36,614 bases of DNA from Octopus bimaculoides (taxonomy: Eukaryota): assembly GCF_001194135.2 (NCBI RefSeq), contig NC_069002.1:18127927-18164540 (forward strand), read 5' to 3'. Both the position numbers and the translations under genes were made by a program. Below, one piece after another: positions 12,905-24,700 of this stretch; position 1 is the stretch's first letter, and every line of letters starts with the position of its first letter. Under the pieces are notes generated by a model. The model had not been told where the DNA came from, ran no database searches, and saw only the letters and a program-made list of their open reading frames with translations.

Positions 12905-15900
12905 TCAATGTGTAAGTATTATATATTTATTACAGCTGATTTTACCAGTCGGTTTTGCACTAGGGGTTCAATGGAGTGTTTAGCTAGTTGTCTGATTATG
13001 TAACCCTACCATCTTCAGAGATGACAGTTTTGGAATGAAATATGGTGACTGCTTTCTATTGTTGGACTTGAACACTCACACATCTGATTTACGGTTGCTA
13101 TGGAAAAGACAATGAAACAAACCGAGCAAGAGTTAAGAGTTATGTCCCTTGGAATCAAAACACCATTACTGGTGTTGTAATGCGACAAGTGGTTTCTGGA
13201 AAAGAGTGAATGGGAAATGTGTGTATTTTTTAGGTTGGTGTTCTTGTAGAAATGGAATGTATGTAGTGGTATTATACGTGCAGCGTTTTCCGGGGCAGGG
13301 GTGAGGGGGGAAGTCACATACACATTTGTGTTTGTTAGAGTGTTTTCTTTCTCTTATTTTCTTTTATGTTTTGGTTAAAAACTTTGGTTAAATTCTTTGG
13401 GGCATCTATGTATGCAGAGAGTATGTGTAGGGGTACAATATGTGTGAAGGCTTATATTGGCTGTGGTGGGAAAGGGTCTATTTGGTGGATGTCCACTGTG
13501 TCAGGGCATGTGTGTTTGTGAGTGCATTTGTGTATGTTCTGGTCAAACTTTTTGCTGGATTCCTAGAAATTGGTGGTGGGAGGGCCAAAGCTGAGGGACT
13601 GGTGGTTATAGTCACAATGGAGCATGCAGGCATGATAAGATGTACTTGCTTTCATGTGGGCAAGGATTGTAAAATTTCACTTCTACTGTTCAGGTAGATG
13701 CTTGTGTGCTGAGAATTCTTTAATATTGCTCTTTTCTCAGCCAGGCATAATCTGCACTTTCTACTGCTATTGAAGTACACTTTACATTTCTTTAAAATGC
13801 TCCACTTTATGCTGTACTAGGTGGCACTTTCTTTTAACAGCCATACATGCATGGCCAGGGTTGTAGCATTACATCTCTCTGGGATGTTGAAGGCAGAGTT
13901 GTGGTTGTTATAGCAGGTTCTGAAGAGGCCTTCAGTTGCTCCCACATACCTTCACACATTTGGTTGCCTGTTTGGTCCTTATTGCTATTACCTCTGCCTT
14001 CTATATGACAGTTGCAATATTACAGTGGCTGTTCAGTGGACATGTGTTACCCCTACATGAGCATCTTGCCTTTGTCACAGGTGTGGGCCTACCTACTAAA
14101 TTTTTTTTTACATTGGGTGCACAGCCAAAGGAAATTCTCATGGTGTGCCTATTAAATATTTTACTGAACCTATTTGTATGAGGGAAGTGTTTGTCTTCTA
14201 AGCTAAGGAAAATCTTACCTACTTGGGTTTTAACATTTAAAGAGAAGGGTGATGTAAACCACAACACTTTCCAGTGGAATTTTCTTTTGGAGGGATTAAG
14301 GTCTGGCATGTAACTAATTCTATCATTGAAACTGCTGGCAGCCTCATTATAGTACAGGGTGGCAACATCAGAAATCCCTTTGCTTGAAGATAGGTTGGAG
14401 ATTCTTCTGCTGATACCCTTTACCAGGTACTTGAAAACTGGCTGGATGACGGAAACCTGTGTTAATATATGATAGCTTCTCATCTGGCTTCCTAAAGAGT
14501 CTATAGGCATTGGACTCCAAGTCCAGGGTCACATAAAAATAAAATCCACCATTTTCAGGTTGGTTTCTATTGTGATCTTACGTTCAAGGAAATTCATGGT
14601 GCTGGTGAGATCCTTTCTAATTTTATGTTGTGTGTAGCTGTTTGCCACTTTTGATATTGCCAGCGCATAATCCCTGTAGAAGTGAAAGCTTGTGAAAGGG
14701 AACTTCTTTTGGAGTAAATCTAAGATGACGAAACCAGTGAGGTCACATACATCAACACTGTCAAAAGCACCCATTGCTATGTTGAAGGAGCCTTCTAGGT
14801 CAGTGCATTTGGCCCAGGTCAAACCCTTACTGAAGTGTAGGGTTCTTTTGGTGTGCATGATAATGTGTATGTCCTTATCGCTAAATTCTGTGTAGGACCT
14901 AGCAAAACACTTCCCTTGTACAAATAGGTTCAGTAAAATATTTAATAGGCACACTCTGAGAGCTTCCTTTAGCTGAACACCAACTGTCAAAAAGATTTTA
15001 GTAAGTAGGCCCACACCTGATAAAGAGGGAGGACTGAATGGCCACTGTAATATGAGGCAATAGGACCAAATGGGCAACCAAACATATGAAAGTACATGGG
15101 AGCAACTGAAGGCCCCTTCAGAACCCACTATAACAATCACATGTCCCCCTTCAACATCTCAGAGAGATGTAATGCCACAACCTTGGCTATGCATGTATGG
15201 TTGTTGAAAGAAAGTGCCACCTAGTACAGTATAAAGTGGAGGATTTTAGAGAAATGTAAAGCATACTTCAATGGCAGTAGAAAGAGCAGATTATGCCTGG
15301 CTGAGAAAAGAGCAATATTAAAAAAGTTTCAGCACTCAGCCATCTACCTGAACAGCAGAAGTGAAATTTTTAATGCATGTTCACATGAAAGATATATATG
15401 GTCATTAAGAATGAAATGTCCGATTTTGAATTGAAGGTTTATTCTACTTTATCTCAACAAAAAGCAATGCAGTTAATCAAAGTATGCACCTAAATTTTCA
15501 ACACAATTTTGCCATTTTATCGGTAGCTTATTTATGCCGGTTGCAAAGAATTCTGGAGAGCAAGAGGTGATGAAATCATGAAAGGCTGTTTTTGCATCTT
15601 CTCCAGATTTGAAGTTATTTCCTTGCAAAAAATTATCTTATGCCTGGAAAATGTGATAGTCAGTTGGTGCAAGGTCTGGTGAATATGGTGGATGACAGAT
15701 TACTTCCAAGTTCAGTTCCTGTAACTTGAGTAGTGTTCTTTGTGCAACATGTGGTCAAGCATTGCCTCACAAGAGAATTGGCCTGTCTCTATTGACCAAT
15801 CTTGATTAATTGCAAGTTCACTCATCATTTCATCCAATTGGTTGATGTATACATCTGCTCTAATTGACTTACCAGGTCTCATGAAACTGTAGTGGATGAC

Positions 15901-16669
15901 TCCAGTGCTGGACCACCAAACAGACACCATTAGCTTTTTTTGGTGAATATTCTTTTTTTTATTGTGTTTTGGCACTTCGTCTCCATCTGCCCACCATGCA
16001 GAACACTTGTTATTGTTGTAAAGAATCTATTTTTCATCACCCATAACAATATGATGCAAAATGGTTTGCTTTTATTCTGTGACAGCAAAGAACAGCAAGT
16101 TTCAAGACGACATGTCATTTGATGCTAATTCAATTCGTGTGGTACCCACTTGTCCAGCTTCTTTATCTTGCTGATTTGTTTCAGATGGTCCAATACAGTT
16201 GGAATCACAACATCAAACCTTGCCGCTAACTCATGCGTAGTTTGAGATGTATCCACCTCCACTATAGGTTCCAACTCATCATTATCCACTTTGGTCTCAG
16301 CTCTACCATGAGGTTGATTTTCAAGAGTAAAGTCACCAGAATGGAACATCTCAAACGATCAATGTACAGTGCACTCATTCGCCACATTTTCACCAAACAC
16401 CTCATTGATGTTTCAAGCTGTCTGGGATGCATCGGTTCCTCAATAGAACTCATATTCATATTCACAAATTTTTGATCTACCTATGGGTTCACAAAAATTG
16501 ATTTACAAGAAAAAACTTACAATATAATCAGACACCATGAATTGCATTTCAAAAAGTGATGATGTAACTCTTCAATGCTGTAAAACAAAGAATTGTCAGG
16601 ATAAAACATTAGATTTAACGACTGTCAAACTTGATGCATAAGAAAATCAGGCATTTCATTCTTAATGAC

Positions 16670-16712
<43 letters not shown>

Positions 16713-18399
16713 GTATTTTTTCACCCACCTACGCATGAGTAAACATTTATTGGCAGTTGGTTAATATTTATCTCTAATAAACCAGTTTATTGACAATTGA
16801 TTTATTCACTTCTTTGATCGATTCTACCTTTACCTTTTAGAAGACATGAAGCAACATGAACTGTTGACCATCATTGCTGAACAAAAGAAAGTGAGAATCT
16901 ATTCATATTTAGCTTTCCTCAAACTCCTATTTAATTGTATCGTATCAAATTACATATATAATGTTACATGTGCCATATCACATCTTAATATATCACACTT
17001 CATTGTTTTATATGTTATATATCATGTTTCAGATTATTAAAGATTTTGAAAGAGAGAAGGCAGTCTTGGATGATTATCTTGAAAACAAGCCTTGGAGCAA
17101 AGTTCCTGGTAAATGTTTGAAATTTAAGTCTCTATCTTTTACTATTTTGGGCCCATGAGATCCAATTACAGTTGTATCAAACTGAATTAATAGTCCACTT
17201 TAATGACTAGATACATAATTTTGAGGTATTGTTTTACAGTCAGACACCCTTCCTATCACTAACCCATACCTATTTTTTCAAGTAAGGGAGTTTTACATTC
17301 CATTTGTTTCAAAAGTGCAGAGCTACCAGACAATTTGTTGATAGAGAAAATGTCAACAAACATCGCAGTTTATAGATCTGTGATTTTCATACGAAGCATA
17401 GAATGTAAACATTCACACTGACACACAGATGCATTCGCAAACATAATCACATACAATCTACTTGTGATAATAACATTTTATAACATGTGTCGTCATTTCA
17501 CCATTTTTTTTTTGTCAGGCAAAATTCAGGTCCAGAGTACGATAATTGAGCAACTGGAGCAGCTTGACAAACAAGAAACACACTTACTGGAAGAATTGAA
17601 GAATGTCAAACAACTCAAGAAACAAATGAAAAGTGAAAGAAATCACTATAAGAAAAAGAGTGAAGAATTTGAGTGAGACACATTTATTTTCCCCATTCAT
17701 GTCATATTTTTTGCACTTTTACTTGTATTTCTTCATGCTAGCATGCATTAAACAGATGTATATTATTGACATGCCCTTTCTCTTGGTTTCCTGAAACAGC
17801 TGTCAAGATAAGCCATTACATATTTGATATATATATATATATATATATATATTAGTTTATGTATATATTAATATTATCTCAGTTATTAAAAAAACCTTTG
17901 ATAATGTAAATATGTTAATAGTTACCAGAGGTAGCAGAATTACACTAAAAAACAAGATATCACAGCCGTTTTACAGGTAGAGATACCAAGTTAAAGTGAT
18001 ACATTTTGAGAAGATATGAATAATAATAATAAATGGAGCAAAACGCATATAGATAAAAGTTCCTTTAATTCCTACACATGTTTTAAAATATATGAGAGCT
18101 CCTTCACAAAGAAGTAAGAGCTGCTCATATATTCCTCTTCAGGGAATTCATAATAAACATATAAGAGCAAGACAAATACGAAATGATGAGGTAACTTACG
18201 AGCAAAGATGTTACATGGTCAGTGACCGTTAGAACGTTTGTTTACATAGAGATATAAAGGAATCAATGATATTATTCCATGGGCTTTAGGAATAAGAACG
18301 CTTGTTTACATAGAGATATAAAGGGAGGGGGTTGTAAACGTGATGCTAAAGGTTAAACTAAGTGAATCATTGAAATAGGGGGAGAATATATGATGATGA

Positions 18400-18445
<46 letters not shown>

Positions 18446-21400
18446 CGATGAATATATGTGGAATTCCAGCAGCTCTTACTTCTTTGTAGAAGAGCTCTCA
18501 TATATTTTGAAACATATGTAGGAATTAAAGGAACTTTTATTTATATGCGTTTTGCTCCATTTATTGTTGTTATTATTCATATCTACTCAAAATGGATCAC
18601 TTCAACTTGGTATCTCTACCTATAAAACGGCTGTGATATCCTGGTTTTTTGTGTAATTTTTGCTACTCATGGTAACTATTAACATATTTATATTGTCAAG
18701 GTTTTTTTAAACTGAGATAATATTAATATATACATACACTAATATATATATATTGTTTTTTTTGTTTTTTATTTTATATTTTTTGTGCTCCATTTAAATA
18801 TACATCTCGAGCCTAATTATGTTCATTTACCTTACTACCTCCATATCAGCTCAATTTGGAATCCACGGAAAGGCCCATAGCCTCAAGAACAGCTTTCTTG
18901 ATGTCATGGGACTTTCTTGGACAAAGAAGTCAGAATTTAAGTTCAAATTCTTTTGAGTACAAGTATGTTTTCTATATTGAGCTTATTTAACTCTCACATA
19001 CTGACTCTGTGTGTGTGTGTGTGTGTACACGTGTGTGTGCGAATATATATCATCATTATCATCATCATCATTCAACATTCATTATCCATATTGGCATTGG
19101 TCAGACAGTTTTACCAGAGCTGGCAAGCTAGAGAGCTACACTAAGCTCCAGTCTGAGTTAGCTGGGTTTCTATGACTGGATGCTCTTCTTAATGCCAACC
19201 ACTTTGCAGAATTTGCTGGGTGCTGTCACATGGTACTGGCACGAGTGCTTTTTATGTGGCACCAGCACATGACTCTTGCAGATCAATCATTTTCACTGTA
19301 ACACTTCTGCTGTGGAGTACAGCAAGGTGCTAGGCATCTTGGTCCTTTGTCATCTCATCTGAAAGGTTCAGCATCCTGAGGTCATCCTTCAGTACTTCAT
19401 CTCATGTCTTCAAGGAAAAAAGGCAAGGTAGAAAATGCTAAAATAATTTTATCATAAAAAGACATTTCAGTACCGGTTTCAGTCATTGGAAAACAATTAA
19501 ATTTTGGAAAAATTAAATGTAAAGTTTTTTAAAAGAATATTTGCATAGTATTCAAATACAAGTGGCATTTTCCTTCTTTCTGTCTGTCTCTGTTTCTCTT
19601 GTTTACTCTTGTGGGTTCGAGGTCATTGTGAATTCTTGGCAGAGGAGGAGGAGGAGGAGGAGGAGAAAAAGAAGAAGAAGAAGAAAAGAATGTGGGAGTG
19701 GTATGATAGTAGTAGCATGTTAAATGGTCAAGTGCCCTGAAAGTGACTTGTTGCGGATGGTAGTAGAGATTGAATTCTTGAGATATCTCTTTTGAATTTA
19801 TTATTTGCGTAGGTGTTATTCTAAGCAGCAGTAGTAGTAAAGTAAGGAAGGAGGTGGTGGAGATGAAGAAGATGAAGAAAAAGGAGAAGAAAAAGAAGAG
19901 AAAGAATAATAATAAAAGAATATGTGAGTGGTATGATAATAGTAGGATGTTAAATGGTCAACTTACCTAAAAGTGGCTCGTTGTGGATTATAGCAGTGAT
20001 TGGGACTGCTTTTAATGAATTCTCTTTTGAATGCATCATTTTTAATATTTACGTGTGTGTTATTCTAAGGTCATGGTGGATATGTCATATGTTGTAGATG
20101 TGTTCAAAAGGGGTCTGTATTTTGTGGTAAAGAACAACTCGTTACTAATTTGTTGGCTACAGGTTGTATCATCCTTGAATTGGTAGAGGGGAAAAATTCT
20201 GAAGCTGGTATCCTGGCATTGCCCACGTCACATGGACTTGAAGAATTAGAATTATATATTTTCTTTTATATTTTCTTTAATGAACTGTAATACCTATGAT
20301 TTGAATTTCATCAAAATTGGAGATTAAGAATTTTAATGGGGGTTCTTTCCCTCTTTACACACCCTAACAAAAATTCTAATCATGACATATTTATCCCATA
20401 CTACTCATCTTTATGTCCAGATTCCAAAATCCAAATCTTATAAAACTCCTTCAAAGGTTTTTGAGCACATGGAGCTCTAAAATGTGGGAGTTAAGGCCCC
20501 TATTAAGGGGATCTTAAAATCAAACAGAGAAGTTGAATTGTTGGGAATCTTTTTTAACTTATGTCATATCTATTATTCAAATTTCTTTGAAATAGGAAAT
20601 ATATGAATGCTCACTGGGTTTGTAAAAGAGAGCAAAGCTAGAGGAAACTAAATGATGAATGATCACAATAAGCAGTCAGCTACCCTTCCCTAGTTGTTAC
20701 CACTCCCGAATGTAGGATTCCTCACCATACAGGTGACTGGCACGGCCGTAAGATGCATTACAGATCTATAGCAATATATACATGTGTGAATATATATATA
20801 TATATATATATNNNNNNNNNNNNNNNNNNNNNNNNNNNNNNNNNNNNNNNNNNNNNNNNNNNNNNNNNNNNNNNNNNNNNNNNNNNNNNNNNNNNNNNNN
20901 NNNNNNNNNNNNNNNNNNNNNNNNNNNNNNNNNNNNNNNNNNNNNNNNNNNNNNNNNNNNNNNNNNNNNNNNNNNNNNNNNNNNNNNNNNNNNNNNNNNN
21001 NNNNNNNNNNNNNNNNNNNNNNNNNNNNNNNNNNNNNNNNNNNNNNNNNNNNNNNNNNNNNNNNNNNNNNNNNNNNNNNNNNNNNNNNNNNNNNNNNNNN
21101 NNNNNNNNNNNNNNNNNNNNNNNNNNNNNNNNNNNNNNNNNNNNNNNNNNNNNNNNNNNNNNNNNNNNNNNNNNNNNNNNNNNNNNNNNNNNNNNNNNNN
21201 NNNNNNNNNNNNNNNNNNNNNNNNNNNNNNNNNNNNNNNNNNNNNNNNNNNNNNNNNNNNNNNNNNNNNNNNNNNNNNNNNNNNNNNNNNNNNNNNNNNN
21301 NNNNNNNNNNNNNNNNNNNNNNNNNNNNNNNNNNNNNNNNNNNNNNNNNNNNNNNNNNNNNNNNNNNNNNNNNNNNNNNNNNNNNNNNNNNNNNNNNNNN

Positions 21401-21687
21401 NNNNNNNNNNNNNNNNNNNNNNNNNNNNNNNNNNNNNNNNNNNNNNNNNNNNNNNNNNNNNNNNNNNNNNNNNNNNNNNNNNNTAAAAGCACCCACTACA
21501 CTCTCTGAGTGGTTGGCGTTAGGAAGGGCATCCAGCTGTAGAAACTCTGCCAAATTAGACTGGAGCCTGGTGTTGCCATCCGGTTTCACCAGTCCTCAGT
21601 CAAATCGTCCAACCCATGCTAGCATGGAAAGCGGACGTTAAACGATGATGATGATGATGATGATATATATATATATATATATATATG

Positions 21688-21719
<32 letters not shown>

Positions 21720-24700
21720 TGTATGGGTGCAGGACATCACCAACTATGAAAACAACATCGAATACGGAAACAAACAAGTTAAATACGCAAACAACAAGAG
21801 GAAAAAAATGGAAAACAGGACAAATAACATAGAGAACGACCCTTCATCAGTTGTCGGCTGTCTATCTACCCCTCATTTCAGGCATTCAATGACAATATGA
21901 GTCTTCAAAGACAGTTGCTCTCATAAATTCCAAAATAAAAGTTTATATTTATGGAGAGTCAAAGTTAGGAAGAAAAACAAGACAGTGGACACATACAAGG
22001 AAACTGAATGNNNNNNNNNNNNNNNNNNNNNNNNNNNNNNNNNNNNNNNNNNNNNNNNNNNNNNNNNNNNNNNNNNNNNNNNNNNNNNNNNNNNNNNNNN
22101 NNNNNNNNNNNNNNNNNNNNNNNNNNNNNNNNNNNNNNNNNNNNNNNNNNNNNNNNNNNNNNNNNNNNNNNNNNNNNNNNNNNNNNNNNNNNNNNNNNNN
22201 NNNNNNNNNNNNNNNNNNNNNNNNNNNNNNNNNNNNNNNNNNNNNNNNNNNNNNNNNNNNNNNNNNNNNNNNNNNNNNNNNNNNNNNNNNNNNNNNNNNN
22301 NNNNNNNNNNNNNNNNNNNNNNNNNNNNNNNNNNNNNNNNNNNNNNNNNNNNNNNNNNNNNNNNNNNNNNNNNNNNNNNNNNNNNNNNNNNNNNNNNNNN
22401 NNNNNNNNNNNNNNNNNNNNNNNNNNNNNNNNNNNNNNNNNNNNNNNNNNNNNNNNNNNNNNNNNNNNNNNNNNNNNNNNNNNNNNNNNNNNNNNNNNNN
22501 NNNNNNNNNNNNNNNNNNNNNNNNNNNNNNNNNNNNNNNNNNNNNNNNNNNNNNNNNNNNNNNNNNNNNNNNNNNNNNNNNNNNNNNNNNNNNNNNNNNN
22601 NNNNNNNNNNNNNNNNNNNNNNNNNNNNNNNNNNNNNNNNNNNNNNNNNNNNNNNNNNNNNNNNNNNNNNNNNNNNNNNNNNNNNNNNNNNNNNNNNNNN
22701 NNNNNNNNNNNNNNNNNNNNNNNNNNNNNNNNNNNNNNNNNNNNNNNNNNNNNNNNNNNNNNNNNNNNNNNNNNNNNNNNNNNTATATATAAATGTATAT
22801 ATATATATTAACTTAGAGAAAGATAAACAAGGTGACAGCTACACACTTTTCATGCATATTTACCATTATTGTTGTTATTAAACTAATGATGATAATAATA
22901 ATAGTTCTTTTTTGTTTTAGAAAGATTTATTATCATCATTAGTTTTATATCCAATTTTTCATGTTGGTTTTAACTTTGTATGTCTTAAATTTCTAAGAGA
23001 AAAACACTTGCCTCACAGAAGAATGCTTTAAGATTCTTAGTTTGTTACTGATGCCATTATAAACTAATCATTAAACTTTTTTGCTAAAATTCTCTTTGGC
23101 AGATTAGAATGTCAGAAATTGCAGCTGACCATAAAAGAACTGGAACTAAAGCTCAAACTTGACAACAACAAAGCTACATATTCTTCAGTGAGACACAGAT
23201 CAAGGTATTAACCTCTCTCTCCCCCCTTATTACTGCTTTCCTCAGGAAATGGTTGAGATTAATGGTTGAGTACATGGAAGCCTTATTTAATGTTTATAAC
23301 CTATTTGTTGGTTTGTAATGCAGTTTGTATGGCTGTAGAAAATGTTTATGATCATATGTTAATGTATTAAAAACATTTGGGGGCTAAATATAAATGTATG
23401 TTTCGTATGTGTATTTCATGTGCAAGATTCTTGATGTGGATACGTGTGTTGAAAGAAATACAATTAAACCTTGGGAGAGGCATTATGCCGGTAATAAACA
23501 CACGCACTGGTTCAGTCCTTTATTAATTTATAAACAGTATTTAGTTTTTTTGTTAAATCATTTCATTGCACTGTGTTTATTACCAGCATAATGCCTCTCC
23601 CAAGGTTTAATTATATAAATGTATGATAATTTCTTTAGGTTGTTATATATAAGCATGTTGTTGTTGTTGGCACTCCGTCGCTTACGACATCGAGGGTTCC
23701 AGTTGATCCAATCAACGGAACAGCCTGCTCGTGAAATTACCGTGCAAGTGGCTGAGCACTCCACAGACATGTGTACCCTTAACGTAGTTCTTGGGGATAT
23801 TCAGCGTGACACAGTGTGACAAGGCTGACCCTTTGAATTACAGGCACAACAGAAACAGGAAGTAAGAATGAGAGAAAGTTGTGGTGAAAGAGTACAGCAG
23901 GGTTCACCACCATCCCCTGCCGGAGCCTCGTGGAGCTTTAGGTGTTTTCGCTCAATAGACACTCACAATGCCCTGTCTGGGAATCGAAACCGCGATCCTA
24001 TGACCGCGAGTCCGCTTCCCTAACCACTGGGCCATTGCGCCTCCACATATATAAGCATATATATCTTTTACTTGTTTCAATCATTTGATTGTGACCATTC
24101 TGGGGCACCGCCTTGAAGGGTTTTAGTGAAACAAATCAACTCCAGGACCTATTTTTTCTAAGTTTAGTATTTATTCAATCGGGGACGTAAACACACCAGC
24201 ACCATTTATCAAGCACTAGTGGGGAACAAACACAAAGACACACACACACACTCACATGACAGGTTTCTTCCAGTTTCTGTCTACCGAATCCACTCACAAA
24301 GCTGTGGTCAGCCATGGGCCATAGTAGAAGACACTTGCCCAAGGTGCCACACAGTCGGACTGAACCCAGAACCATGTAGTTGGTTTAAAAAAAAAAAAAA
24401 TACTGGGGTCCCCAGCATGGCTCCAGTCTAATGACTAAAATGACATATATCACTGGCAGGGAGATGACTTGCTGCTATTTCTAGCAGTCAAGCGTTCATC
24501 ATTGACAAGACCAAGGAAGGTCAAACTCATGTGACCTGATGGTTTGAGTGCTGGAGGTGACAGAGATTTATCTCCCTGTTAGCAATATAAACAAGAGTGA
24601 ATTTTGCACCAAAAGTCAATACGAGAGTTTCTCTCATGGTATCTATCACAGTATAGTTCGTTCTAACTTTTCTGATAGCTCAAAAAGAGACTTGCAAAGA

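Larger units (their letters stand above)
17844..18752. mobile_element. ~900-bp foldback element with ~280-bp inverted arms, each containing a hammerhead remnant
   Basis: 17844-18126 is the reverse complement of about 18467-18752; (TA)n at the left end and at 18403-18443. Confidence 0.85.

Noticed and set aside
12975-13025. Minus-strand CTGAAGA-TGGT..ATCA-GACAAC in the PLE 3' region
   Set aside because: The position is suggestive, but GAAA is broken and no stem I or cleavage triplet can be drawn; it can be neither supported nor excluded without a family consensus.
20690-22881. Long ORFs of 234-299 aa in the ORF track
   Set aside because: They are artefacts of translating through N gaps.
23975-24046. 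tRNA-like sequence with A and B boxes
   Set aside because: It is the head of a SINE with body, (CAA)n tail and TSD, and has no complete cloverleaf; it is not a tRNA gene.
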